DNA from: Phyllosticta citribraziliensis
Taxonomy: Eukaryota
DNA length: 64,000 bases
Direction of reading: 5' to 3'
Assembly (NCBI RefSeq): GCF_038025025.1
Contig: NW_027117350.1
Coordinates: 1,178,001 to 1,242,000, forward strand
Shown: positions 10,915-22,820 of the stretch, piece by piece
Layout of the letters: the number at the start of each line of letters is the position of its first letter
How positions within the stretch are numbered: the stretch's first letter is position 1
The notes under the pieces: model-generated
Seen by the model: the letters and a program-made list of their open reading frames with translations, nothing else
What the model was told of the DNA's origin: nothing
The model's database searches: none
Made by a program: the position numbers and the translations under genes

Positions 10915-13900
10915 TCAAACGCCACGTAGATGTTCCAGCGCCAAATCGCGCATCTCTTCCACGTCTGCGCCCAAAGCAGAACACTGGTGTTGCAAAAGAG
11001 CGTCCAAACGGCGGACCAGGTTCTCGTACTGCCGCTCTGGGTCCAACAGAGCCTCGACAGCCTGCAGTAGCATGCTCTGCAGTATCCTGACCAGGGTCTC
11101 TGAGACACGATCCGTGTCGTACTCGAAACGGACCGACAGGCGGTCGGCAAAAACATGCCACTCAAAAAGCACGCCAAACTTAGCGCCTTCGGTCCAGACG
11201 TGCAGAGGGCGCGCTCCCTCGACAGGGAAAATGGACTCCTCCGTCCCGCGGTCATCATGGAAAGTGACGACACAGTCGAAGAGCTGCTGACGGTGTGACG
11301 GAAAGGGCAGGCCGAGGTGCTTGAGCAACCGTGGCCACGGCTCGGCGTGAGCCAGTGAGCTCTGCGACGCGCATTGCACGCTACGCAGCACGTCCATCGA
11401 TGTTATTGTCGAGTGTTGCGGCTCCGCCTTGACCCGAACAGGTAAGGCTTGGAGGAATAGCCCAACCACCTTTTGGTCGTCGACGGACGTCCGGTTCGCG
11501 TACGGGCTGCCGAGCACCACATCCCTCCGGCCGCAAAGCGCATGCAGCACTACCCCCGTTGCAGCAAGACCGAACTGGTGGAGTGTCAGGCCATTGGCTG
11601 TAGTTAACGCGAGGATGCCGTGGTAGAGCTCCTTGGGCACGGGAAGCAGCAGCGAAGTGCCTCTGTACGACTTTTGCCAGGTCCGCCGGCCACCGCAGCC
11701 GTCGTGCTCAAGCTCTGGGCGCCGGAGCTGCAGGCCGTGTAGATTGGAAGCCCAGAAGAAAGCGCTCTCTACCTCGGTCGGCTGGTTCCATGCGGTGCTG
11801 TCAAAGTAGTCGCGCTGCAATAGCGGCAGCTCGCCGCCGTTGAAAATCGTGGCAACCTCGGCCAGCAACGTCTGCAGTGCCGTGAGGTCGCATATGATGT
11901 GTGAGATGGTAATGGCCAAGATTGACGGCGACAGCACCACCCGAACCAACACGTCCTTGCTGAGGTCGAAGGGCTGGTTGACGAAGGCTCGGACGTTGAT
12001 CGAGTCAACCACATGCACCTTGATCGGCTCATCCACCATGACGCGCTCGACTCGACCATCCCCAACGTCCATGAAGCGCGAGCGCAGGATTCGATGCCGG
12101 TTCATGACCGTCTCAACCGCGCCGACGAGCCGCTGCAGGTCTATTCCGGGCTGTAGCTCCGCCACCCACGGGACGTTGAACGCGCACGCGCTTTCCGAGT
12201 CACGGTAACGGTGCCACCATTCGAGCTCAGCTGGCGATAGCTTCCTGGTATCCAATCGCGTAGCCTGCAATCTAGCCTGCGGCCGTGTCTTGCGGCTTCG
12301 TACCCGCATCTCCACGACGGCGGCCAAGTCGGCGAGCGTTGGCGCCATGATGACGTCCCTGACCAAGAGTGGGATCTCACAGACGCTTCGCAGACGAGCC
12401 GCTAACTTGAGCTGCAGGACTGAGTGTCCGCCCAGTGCTGTGAAGCTGTCGTCGGGCGACAGGCCAACCAAAGAGTCCAATCCAAGCAGCAGGCGCCATT
12501 CCTGCGCGATGAGCGCCTCAAAACGGGTCAGGCCGAGCGCCTCGCCGCTCTTCATACCAGCAGCACAGGGCGGCTCGAAGACGGCCGCCTGTTGCGCCAG
12601 CGCCTTTGCGTCAAGCTTCCCGTTGCGAGACATCGGCAGACGCTGCATGGCCGTAATTTGCTTGGGCTGGGCGTGTTGGGGTAGCGCGCGGTGCAGTCGG
12701 CGTGCCAGCTCCTCCGTGTCGACGTCTTCGGGCTCGATCCACAGTACAAGCTTGCCATTGTGCTCCGTAGCCACGGCCTTGCGCACAGCGGGTGCCATTT
12801 CGCGCACCGCGACGGCTCCGACATCGTCCAGGTTGATGCGGAAGCCACGCATCTTGATCTGCCTATCGCGACGCCCGCACACATGCACATTGCCAGCCGC
12901 ATCCCAGAAGCCCACGTCGCCGGTGCGGTACATGCGCTCTTCCGGGAGTGTCGGGCAAAAGAGGTCGGGTAGGAACTCGCGTGCCGTTTGGGCGGGCATG
13001 TTGATGTATCCGCGAGAAACTTGGACGCCGGCGATGAAGATGTGGCCAATGACGCCGGGTGGCGCCAGCTCCATACGGTCGTCCAGTATGTACAGCCGCG
13101 TGGAGGGGACGGGCGGGCCGACGTTGACTGGTATGCCTGCCCGCAGCTTCTGCTGGCAGGCCCCGATCGTCCCCTATCATACAGTGAGTACGCTAAACCC
13201 CCATATCCTGTGGAGACAACATACCTCGGTTGGACCATACAAGTTATACAGCGTCCTTCCAACTGCCCATTTATCCAATGTTGTCTGTTGCACGGGCTCG
13301 CCGGCAAAATAAACCTGGAAGGCCAATTCATTACCACTTGCTCAAAGGAGAAGGATTGCGAAGGGAAAAGAGAAACATGGAGAACGTACGTATTTGAGAT
13401 TGGGGTAATCGCTTGGATCCAGCCCTGCAGCGACAGACGGCGTCATCATGGCGACATCTACATCTCCCAGATGGGAGAACGGATTTTGTGGTTCCTTTCT
13501 GAGTACGAGCGTTGCGCCATAGCAAAGGGACGCAAACACCTCGTGCACGCAGCCATCGAAGCCCGGCGACAAGAATTGCGCGATGCGAACTCCCGGTGCA
13601 CTGTTGAGTCGTATCTCGAGGTCAGAATGGAAGGCCGTGACACCTCCGTGCTCGCATACGACACCTTTTGGAAGTCAGCTGCAATTCAAAAGAAAGTAAG
13701 TTGGTGCTCACCTTTTGGCTTGCCAGTTGAGCCCGAGGTAAAGCAGAGGAATGCGGCATCTCTGCTATGCTGGAGCCTCGGTGCAGACAAAGACGGCTGT
13801 ACATTACTGGCGAGAATCTGATCAATGGCCAGGGCAACGGGGCCACCCACCATGGGCTCCTGCAGCTGCGAGCTTTCGGTGCATAGCAACAGCGTCGCGC

Positions 13901-16900
13901 CACTGTTCCGCAGCAGATCAGCGCGGTACTCGGCCGCGTGAGAGGCGTCGATAGGGCAGTACACGGCACCGGCCTTGAGGGCAGCGCATACGCCTACGAT
14001 CCAGTTGATGGAGCGGTCTGATACGACGCAGACAACGTCTCCAGGTTTGACGAGTTTCTCAGCGACAGCTGCAACCCTCGATGAGCCCGCCATCAGCTCG
14101 CCATAGGTCAGCCTGGCCTCGCCTCTCTCCACAGCAACCAGGCCGGCATTGGCACGTGCGGCCTCTTCGATGAGGCTCGTGACGGTCGGCCCGGACTTGC
14201 GTACGTAGGTGGCGGGAGAGTCGTGGTTGCCGCGGGCCAGCAACTTGCGCGAGATACCATGGTCCAAACGCCGGCTTAGGCACTCCTGCAAGCTGAGGTC
14301 CGGCTGTGTGACGGCGTGCAGTAGGTTTCGATACACGACTGCCATTTGCCTGATGTCGTTGTCGGCGAACGCGTCGCGGCGGTACAAGAAACGCACCGTT
14401 CCGTCGCCTTCGACAAGCACATTCAGTGGTAGGCCCGGTGCCTCCTTGACGATCGGTGGCCGCAAAGGCTTGATGGAAGCGTGTTGCAGTGTAGGTGCGT
14501 CGAACTGGATGGCGAGGGCGGAGGAGAAGCGCAGTGGCTGGCCCTTTCGCTCGACGGCCTGGAACTTGGACAGAGCTTGCACGGCGCGGTACATGTCCCG
14601 GAAAAAGGAGGCAGCCGACCCGCCATCCCGATCGACGGCGATGCGCAGTGGCTGTGTGCTGATGAGAGGGCCGACGATGCTGTCGGCTCCATCGAACCCC
14701 AGACTCCTCGCCGAGACGACAGCGCCGAAGAGCACCGCATCCGAGTTGGAGTAGCTGGAAAGGACGAGCGCCCACGCTGCGTAGTGGAAGGCTGCGGGAG
14801 TTGTGCGGAGGGTTCGGGCGCGTTTGGTCAGGGCCGCAACGTCAAGGCCTATCTGCAACGAGTGCTCAGCGTGGACGGCACTGCCATGCGAAGGCTTTGG
14901 GAGCAGCATTTCTCCTGCGGCATTGGGGATGGCTCTGTCCTGCTGTCGCCAGAAGATGTCGGCTTCAATGGCCGTCCGCGTGGCAAACGCATGCAGACTT
15001 TCGACGGCGACGGGGAAGGGTGGAGACTGTTCGAATGTTTGGCCATCCAGGGCGGCAGACAGCTTGTTCAGAATCAGTGACGCGGAGAAGCCATCAATCA
15101 GGGCGTGGTGAATGGAGAAAATGACGATGCTTTCGGCGTCCGGACCGTGCAGCGCGGTGAAACAGGCACCCAGCCCAGCGGCGGCAGCGGCTTCGTCAGT
15201 CCTCTGCTCTACGTCGTCCTGCGAAGCCACTTCATACTCGCTCCATCGGAATGGCGCTTCGGCACCGATTTGCTGCGTCTGGGAGTCAACGTCCAGCTCG
15301 GTGCGGAAAATGGGCTCCACTGCTACCACGGTCCGCCAAGCAGCCCGCAAGTGCGGAATGTCAGCTGTGCGGTATGTGGCCATGTGCTGTACGACATTTG
15401 CCTTCTTTTGCTGGAGGGACTCGAAGACGAGAGCCTTTTGAAGCGTTGTCAGAGGGCCCTCTGATACCATTCGGCTTGCGCTGGGCCTCTTTGAGATGTC
15501 CGGCGTCCTGCTGCAGACCTGAAGCAGACTGTTGATTGAGGGAGCAGTGAGTATGTCTTCGACGCGGACGGCAAAACCAAGCCGTCGACAGTGCGAAGAC
15601 AGCATGACGGCTGCAAGCGAGTGCAGGCCCTGGCTGACAAAAGGTTGGTCCACGTCAATTGTGCATGTTGGCACGTCAAGAATACGAGCCATGCCGCTGA
15701 CTATGGCAGACTTGAGGTCTTTAGGATCCTCAGCAACATCCTCGTTGGCATCCTCGGCGCTAGGTACGGCGGCTTTCAGTACTTCGGTCAATTTTCGTGG
15801 GTCGACTTTGCTGCTGGGGGTTGTCGGTAGTGATTTCAGTCCCACGATGTAGTCAGGCACAAGATATGCTGGGACCTTGGCCATCAACAAACATCTCAAA
15901 GCCTTCGGGTCGTCAACAGGCGGGGACACGGCGGTGCAGAGTTTCCTTCCAATCAACACCGAATGTGCCGCCTTCAGTCTCTTGTCCATGGCCAGGATTG
16001 CCGCATCCACGTCGAGCTCGAGATTGACCAGGAACCCTCGGATCTTGACTGTTCGATCGCGCCGTCCACAGAATTCGATGACCCTCCCTCCGTCCTCGCT
16101 GGCGCTCCACCTCACGACGTCTCCTGTTCTGTATGCGCGTTTTCGATTGTGGATGATGAATTTTTCGTCTGTTCGCCGCTCGTCGCGCCAGTATCCCCGG
16201 GCCAATCCCTTGCCAAAGATCAGCAGCTCTCCTTCTTCACCAAGGGTGTCAATGTCATCCCCGTTGTCGTCCACAATCGCTACTCTGGCGCCGCCAATAG
16301 CAGTTCCAAGGATGGTCGGTCTGAACTCGCCACTCTCGGGACACCTTGGCACAACACCACTCAGAGTTGCGCAAGTTGCTTCAGTTGGTCCGTATGCGAT
16401 CCATATTGGCCTCTTCAAAACACTCCAGGACTCCAAGAGCCTTTTGGAGGGCGTTTCGCCGCCGAGAACTATCCTGTCGAGGCACGGGTAATCGCAAGGT
16501 AACGAGGGCGCCTCCAGAGCCTCGAGGATGGATGGTGTAGCGACGAGGACGCTGCACCGGTAAGTTTGCTGCTGCAGATTCGATCGGTTGGCAAGGACGA
16601 CGGTTCCGCCATTGCAAAGAGTGTTGAACAATGTTCCCATGCACGCTGACTCGGCATTAGTTTCTGCCGGAATCTGCCACGAACCCGGACGCTCGACTCA
16701 CCATCAAACGCCACGGAAAGTACGAGTAGCACTCGATCGTCAGGGGTTACGTTGTAGTTGAAAGGAGGCGTCGTCACGAAGTTGGCCAACGATTCGTGCC
16801 GTATCTCGACGCCTTTGGGCTCGCCTGTCGTGCCGGAGGTGAAGATGATGGTTGCCAAGTCCGGGAGGAACTCTTCTTCTCTGTCATCGTTCTGATTTTG

Positions 16901-17296
16901 TTCGTTTTCCTCGTCTTCCACATTCACCATGACCGTGTCGGGAATCTTCATCCGTTTTCCGGTATAGACGGCAAGCCCGGAGCAAGTCCTGCCCAGAACA
17001 TTGTCAATTCGTTCCCGCGGCCACTGGTCGCGGTCTACGGGCACATAGGTTGCTCCCGCCTTCAGTATGCCTAGCACTCCGACTACCATGTGCAGACAGG
17101 AGCTCGTGAGTATGGGAATCACGCAGGACGGGCGTGCTCCGGCTTGTCGCAACCGCCGGGCGAGGGACGACGACCGCTTGTCCAAAGCGCGGTACGTGAG
17201 AGTTTCGTGGCCATCCTGCACAGCAATGTTGTCCGGGTAATGCTTGCAGATGTTCTGGAAGAGTGCAAGCACAGTTGGAGAAAGCTTGCGAATCAT
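10915..17296 (-). CDS. gliP: Two-module NRPS, GliP/SirP-like diketopiperazine synthetase (A-T-C-A-T-C)
   Basis: A1: FTSGTTGEPKG, YGPTE, YRTGD, GRRDRTVKIRGFLVNL. T1 'GLHSL'; C1 'HHALIDG'. A2: FTSGSTGKPK, YRTGD, GRRDRQIKMRGFRINL. T2 'GGHSV'; terminal C 'SHIICD'. Several short introns at about 13170-13720 and 16645-16700. Confidence 0.93.
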
Positions 17297-17456
17297 GGCG
17301 AAGGTTTGAGGCTGGTATGGTGGTGAACCAACGGCTGCATGTCACTGCTAGCCGCATACACCCTATTTAACACAAGGTTGCAGCCAACGCCTTGTTCCAG
17401 ATAAACTTGAATTCCAGGCTGGGAAAGTGATTGGCAGGAACGACGCGGCTCTTTGG

Positions 17457-17467
17457 TCGGTTCCCGA
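17457..17467. promoter_or_regulatory. GliZ-type site TCGG-TTC-CCGA
   Basis: Exact motif in the divergent NRPS/gliI promoter. Confidence 0.8.
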
Positions 17468-17580
17468 CCCGGATACGCCTGAGAGTGTCCATTTCAGGCG
17501 CGTGGGGGATAAAGGGCATACTATCAGTCGCTTCCGTGGCCGAGGCGTCCTCTGGCAAGTCTCCGAAGCTCCGAACCATA

Positions 17581-18989
17581 ATGGCCCTTTCCGAGCGGAT
17601 GCGTGGCACTGTCGAGAGTGTCATGCCAAAGATTGCTACCCAAGTTGCCCAACGAAGCTCTAGCAACCCTCCCATTGATTTCAGCACAGCAGAGAATTGG
17701 TTGATTAGACCAGAGCTGGTAGAATTCTTCAAGGATGCCATCGGAAAGCGCCTTGTCAAGCAGGTCAGAAGCCAAGATGCTCTCCCCGAACAGTTGTTTT
17801 GACGCCAATGCAGGATTTGTCGTATCAAAAAGGGTTCGCGGGCGATCCCAATGTCATAGCAGCACTATCAGATGCCTTCAACAGGCTTTTCGCTCCCAAG
17901 ATTCCCGTGGAACCGTCTCACATTGCAGTCGGACCGGGTGGAGCAGCCATTCTGGAGTCACTGTTGATCAACATATGTGATGCCGGAGACGGGATGCTGG
18001 TTTTGGCACCCTTTTGGAGTAAGTGTTCGACACTCACCACACCGCACATATCTTGCTAACCGAAGTCCTCCAGGCGGCTTCCACTTTCAATTCGACGTCG
18101 GCCCAAAAGTCGCCATCATACCCGTTACATCACCAGAGGAAAACGTGTTCAGCGAAAAAGTGGTTGACGATCTCGAAGCAGCCCTCGCCAAAACGGATAA
18201 GAAAGTCAAAGGCGTGGTCCTCTGCAATCCCCATAACCCGCTGGGCCAGTGCTACACAAAGAAAGCTCTGGAGGCCATTGCCGTCTTCTGTGAGAAGTAC
18301 GATCTGCACCTCATCTCGGACGAGATCTATGCCCTCTCAATCTACAAGTCGGCAGATTTGGCCAACCCGGTGCCGTTCTTCTCGGTGTTGAGCTTGGATT
18401 TGGCGCAGATCAAGGTCAATCCCGCCAGAGCTCACATCATCTGGAGCGTAAGCAAAGACTTTGGCTGCAGTGGATTTCGACTGGTGAGATGACCTTGCCG
18501 ACCGAGCTTGTTTGTGTTGTCTAATGTCTCGCAAAGGGTGCACTTGTCAGCCAAGGGAGCCTTGCCATGGCATGTGGAGTTGCCATGGCTGCCAACACGC
18601 AGGTGTCCGGACTCACTGCTGTTGCCGTCACAGCGCTGCTCTCCGACCCGGCAGTCACGGACAGCTTCATCGCATTGAACAGAGCCAGATTATCGACCGC
18701 ATATGAGACCATGGCCAAGGTATTCCGCACCCGCGGTATGCGATACATTCCTGCCAACGCTGGCATCTACATCTGGGCAAAGCTGTCCAACAAAGTCGAG
18801 TCTTGGGAGCAGGAGGCCGACTTGACCAAATTGCTGGCAGAGAAGGAGGTCGCTGTCAGCGCAGGCAAGGGGTACGCCGCCGCCTCTCCGGGCTGGTACC
18901 GGCTTTCTTTTGCCATGGAGCCAGAGGATCTACAAAAAGGGCTTGAGCGACTGGTACGAGGGATCGAGCAGTTTGAAAAGGATCCATGA
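17581..18989 (+). CDS. gliI: PLP-dependent C-S lyase (aminotransferase class I / ACC-synthase-like), GliI-like, 4 exons
   Basis: 'IDFSTAENWL', 'LCNPHNPLG', 'HLISDEIYA', PLP lysine 'SVSKDFGCSGFR', 'GWYRLSFA'. Confidence 0.9.
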
Positions 18990-19090
18990 TTGAGTGCTCC
19001 AAACGGCACTTTTGACAAGCTTCCAGACACTACACACGATACATCACAAGACGAGAATCAAAAAGGTTTATTTGCAATCAATTGCAGACA

Positions 19091-19913
19091 TTACCCATCC
19101 ACCCCGTCGCCTCTTCCCCAGATCGGCGCGTGGACGCAATCGTGATAAGCCCACATGAGATACACAACGAATCGAACCACCTGCGCCGTGCCGGCTGGCG
19201 CATTTCCGTCCGGGCCCAGGCTGGCCATGGTCATCTTCTCGACAAGATACATGACGGGGCCCCAGAAGGCTACAAACAAGAGAGCACCAATTTTGCGCAT
19301 GACATTCCTTGGCGGTTGGTAAACCGGGAGATTCTGGAGGTACTGGCGGTAGTCGTCGGGCAAGTTTGCGTCACTGGCGCCGTCGGTGAGGAGATTCTGG
19401 AGACCCTCGTCAGTTTGCCTTCTCATGGGACTCAATTATCTCTTCTTGAGCCAAGAAAGAACAACACACCATGTATCTCTGGCTCGGGACCGCAGGCGGG
19501 TCTCGCTGCATAATGGTACCCAGCGTGCGGATGGTAAAGCTTGGCCCCGTCATAGCCTCGTCAATAGCATCCACGGGGACCGCAGGCAAAGCAATGTCGG
19601 CGTAGGCGATTCCGCCGCCCTCGGAAGCAACCAGATGGATGTACTGCTCGGTCGTGATCAGGTACGCGACGCCAACCACCTCTCGGGCCTTGGCGTCGTC
19701 CGTCCCCGTAATCGGACGGATGGACGTGTACGCCGGCTCCGTGTACGGCGTTCCCGGAATCTCGGTGGTCAGCTTCCAACCCGGGACGCGGGCGCGTGCT
19801 GTCTTTATCGGTTGGATGCCACGGGAGTCAATAAACTTGGCCCGGCTCATATTGGAGCCGTAGGCAAAGTACCAGACCCCCGTTGCGCTTTTCGTTGTTC
19901 CCATGGAATGCAT
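19091..19913 (-). CDS. gliK: Gamma-glutamyl cyclotransferase, GliK-like, 2 exons
   Basis: 'WYFAYGSNM', 'PYTEPAY', 'VVGVAYLIT', 'ASEGGGIAY'. Intron 19397-19469 joins RYM to NLLTDGA..LPDDYRQYL; C-terminal 'HAPIWGRGDG'. Confidence 0.9.
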
Positions 19914-20018
19914 GTTTGCTGCTGCTTCTGGAGCTGGAGGTGTGTTGTTTTGGCACTTTCTGCGCTCATCTCTATCTCTGGAGAGGCGCCCATGTTATTT
20001 CGCGAAGCCTGAGCCTGA

Positions 20019-20029
20019 TCGGTCCCCGA
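20019..20029. promoter_or_regulatory. GliZ-type site TCGG-TCC-CCGA
   Basis: Exact motif about 110 bp upstream of gliK. Confidence 0.78.
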
Positions 20030-20415
20030 CACACGACTTCAGATGGATCTCAATCTCATCGCCCCGCATCGGGATGCAGCAGTTGAATGCATCTGCATCG
20101 GTTCATGACAAGCCTTAATCGCCAGCATTTGTGATTCTGCAGTGCAATGCGTCATTTGCTGAAGGTGTATCTACAGTTCGACAGATATATCGCCACATTG
20201 CACAGGAGTACTCAAAGGTTGAGCTAACAGACGCAGCGACACCTAAATTTCCCTTTCAACCAGCATTGATGTTCTTCAAACCACTCGTCTCACGAGGGTC
20301 TTCTTCAACAGATGTTGCTCTACTTGGCCCAAGCAGTGCGGGTGATCGTCTTTGTGGAGTCGGCGGGCGCGGGCCGAGCAGCTCGGCATCCGTGTGGATC
20401 GCTGGGCCAGGTGGG

Positions 20416-20426
20416 TCGGCATCCGA
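20416..20426. promoter_or_regulatory. GliZ-type site TCGG-CAT-CCGA
   Basis: Second exact motif upstream of gliK; a near-copy TCGGCATCCGT lies at about 20382. Confidence 0.6.
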
Positions 20427-20661
20427 GGACCTGGGGTACTCTGACAAGGCAAACAACTCAGGAATTGGTAGCGATGAAACGAACTTTGACACATGAAATC
20501 GATAAATTTGGTGGGTCGATTCAAGGAAGTTGACAACTTTTTTGTTACTGAAAGATGATCGGACTACAAGAATATACAATTGTGCTTGCAATCAATAGAA
20601 GTGACACGGTAAGGAGAGAAAGCTTCGAGTCTATGATCTACTCTGAAAATCCAAAAACAAC

Positions 20662-21658
20662 CTATCTACCCTGTTGGACTTGCATGGCGGCGCCATTTGC
20701 AGCAAAGAGGCCCATGGAGATGCCAGATGCCACCACCTTGAACGGGCTTGCGCAGTCTCCTGCGGCAAAGACACCCGGCACATTCGTTTCGTTGAAGGGA
20801 GGGTTAATCTGGAGGTCGAGACCAGGAGTCAGCTCGACACCGAGCTGCTCCGCCCACGGACCATTCAACCTGCTCCGCGGCTTGTGGGCGACGAAGCCAA
20901 ACACCTCCCTCGCGCCATCTTCAAACTGGACCTCAACATCGGCGTTGTCGCCCGGCACCTTCTTGAAGCGGATGATCCGTCTCGAGTCGACCGTCAAGCC
21001 CTTTTCTGCCGCCGCGGTTGAGATTTCCCGCGTCAAGGCCGTGTTGCCGTGAGTCAGGACAGACACGCTCTTGGCCAGGCGCTGTGCCATGCAACCAACG
21101 CCGATCGAATGCATCAGATCCGCCATGTCCTCGACGGCCAGAACGCCTGCCTTGGACGCTCCGCGCTCTTCATAGCCGTGGCAGAACAAACAGTGGTAGC
21201 TGTCGCAGGCGTGTTAGTACATTTATCAACATCGAAGTGGAAGAAGGAGCGTGTCTTTACATTCCATGACCCCAGCACTCATCGTATCCAGCTATCTCGG
21301 GATACAGGTCCTCAGAACCCGTCGCCAGGACGACCTTTTTTCCCGTGTACTTCTTGCCGGCGTCGTCAACGGCCTCGAAGCCGCCGTCGGCCAGCTTGGC
21401 CAGCTTTTCGACCTTTGCGCGAACGAAGCGCGTGGTGTTGTACCGAGTTGTCAGGTCTTTGCGCGCCGCCTCGCGAAACTCTTCCGGGTTCTTGTGGTCC
21501 CAGGTCGGGACGTTGTGCATGTGGGCGGCGCGGGCATTGCGGTAGACGCCCGAGTCGAAGACGATGCAGGGGTGCATCAGCCTGCTCAGAGCTGTGGCTG
21601 CTGAGAGGCCGGCGGGACCGCCGCCAATGATGAGGACGTCGACGTCGTGGGAGGCCAT
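20662..21658 (-). CDS. gliT: FAD-dependent dithiol oxidase / thioredoxin-reductase-like, GliT-like, 2 exons
   Basis: 'VDVLIIGGGPAGLSAA', 'VVLATG', CxxC 'YHCLFCHGYE' across intron 21200-21260, 'ETNVPGVFAAGDC'. Confidence 0.92.
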
Positions 21659-21833
21659 TTTTGTTGGTGTTGTTGCGGGACGATGGTATTGTTCAAACGA
21701 TGACAACAAAGCACGAGCGCGAGGGAGAGCTCTGGATGTACGAGTAGTAACAGCAAACATGCAGAGCAATATGGCAGCTCTGAAAGTTTAATATGATTTC
21801 TCCACGCAGGGTTTGCGGTCCGCTCCGCTCGAC

Positions 21834-21844
21834 TCGGGTTCCGA
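21834..21844. promoter_or_regulatory. GliZ-type site TCGG-GTT-CCGA
   Basis: Exact motif in the divergent gliT/GNAT promoter. Confidence 0.8.
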
Positions 21845-21932
21845 CATTCCAAGTCGGACATCATGACCTGCTCTTAGGTGGTATTTACTTTTCCGCAACC
21901 CGCGCTCGCAAAGCCCACCGCTGCAACCGATC

Positions 21933-22652
21933 ATGACTGTCGAGGACGAAATGTTCCACCTGCGGCCAGCCGCGCCGGCCGATCTGCCGGCGTTGGTCGG
22001 CCTCGCCGCGCAGCCCTTCACAACCGGCGCACTGAACGCCGCCGGCCTCACCTTTAGCCAGCAGGAGATTTCGACATACCTCGAGTGGCGGCTTCCGCGT
22101 TTGCTGGTCGATCCGAAAGCGCTGCTGCTCGTCTTTGAGTTTCGCCCCGTCAACTCGTTCAAAAAGGTTCCGTCGCGGGTCGTTGGCTGCGCCCTACTGC
22201 AGCTCGGATTCTCGGCGAAGCGTCCAGCAGATTCCTATCCATCAAGTCAGTCACCATCAATGAGATTTTGTTGTTGCCATTCTAACTGCAACCATCTAGA
22301 ATTGAGTCTTGCTTCTCTCCGCCTCAAGGCCGCTCTCTCCGACATCACTGTGTGGCCCGACTCGGAAACGGCCGAGGTGCACACGCGTTTCGAAGCCGCG
22401 CAAGTCGCCATTGACCAAACCGTGAAGCAGAGCGCAACGGTCATGGTGTTTGCGTTTGTCGATCCAGACTTTCAGAGCTGCGGGCTGGGCTCAAGAATGC
22501 TTGCAGCGGTCCGGGACAAGGCCGAGCAGCTCGACAAGGGTGCCTTGCCCTTCATGGCGATCCTCCGCAACGAGGACGCGAGCTTCGGGAACCTTTCGGG
22601 ACTGAAGGAAGTGAACGGCGCGGCAGGACTGAGGTTCATGGAGGCGTGTTGA
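21933..22652 (+). CDS. GNAT-family acetyltransferase (probable in-frame 54-nt intron at 22246-22299)
   Basis: N-terminal 'HLRPAAPADLPAL', 'RVVGCALL', acetyl-CoA motif A 'FVDPDFQSCGLGSRML'. Intron gtcagt..ctaac..ctag. Confidence 0.75.
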   Translation: MTVEDEMFHLRPAAPADLPALVGLAAQPFTTGALNAAGLTFSQQEISTYLEWRLPRLLVDPKALLLVFEFRPVNSFKKVPSRVVGCALLQLGFSAKRPADSYPSSQSPSMRFCCCHSNCNHLELSLASLRLKAALSDITVWPDSETAEVHTRFEAAQVAIDQTVKQSATVMVFAFVDPDFQSCGLGSRMLAAVRDKAEQLDKGALPFMAILRNEDASFGNLSGLKEVNGAAGLRFMEAC

Positions 22653-22708
22653 TACTGAAAGGGTTGACGGTGTGATGCTTGTGAGTTCTGGATGCGGCAG
22701 ACAACCCG

Positions 22709-22719
22709 TCGGTCTCCGT
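22709..22719. promoter_or_regulatory. Near-consensus GliZ-type site TCGG-TCT-CCGT
   Basis: One mismatch; about 110 bp upstream of the MBOAT ATG. Confidence 0.5.
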
Positions 22720-22820
22720 ACTAGGATCAGTAGTTAGAAAGGGGGCGTGTTGTATAAGATGCAGCCATTTCCAATTCAACATACTTCAGCAACTGTTTCT
22801 CCTTTGTCTGTCTGGTCGAG

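Noticed and set aside
12290..13821. Long plus-strand ORFs (340 and 277 aa)
   Set aside because: They are antisense shadows of the GC-rich NRPS.
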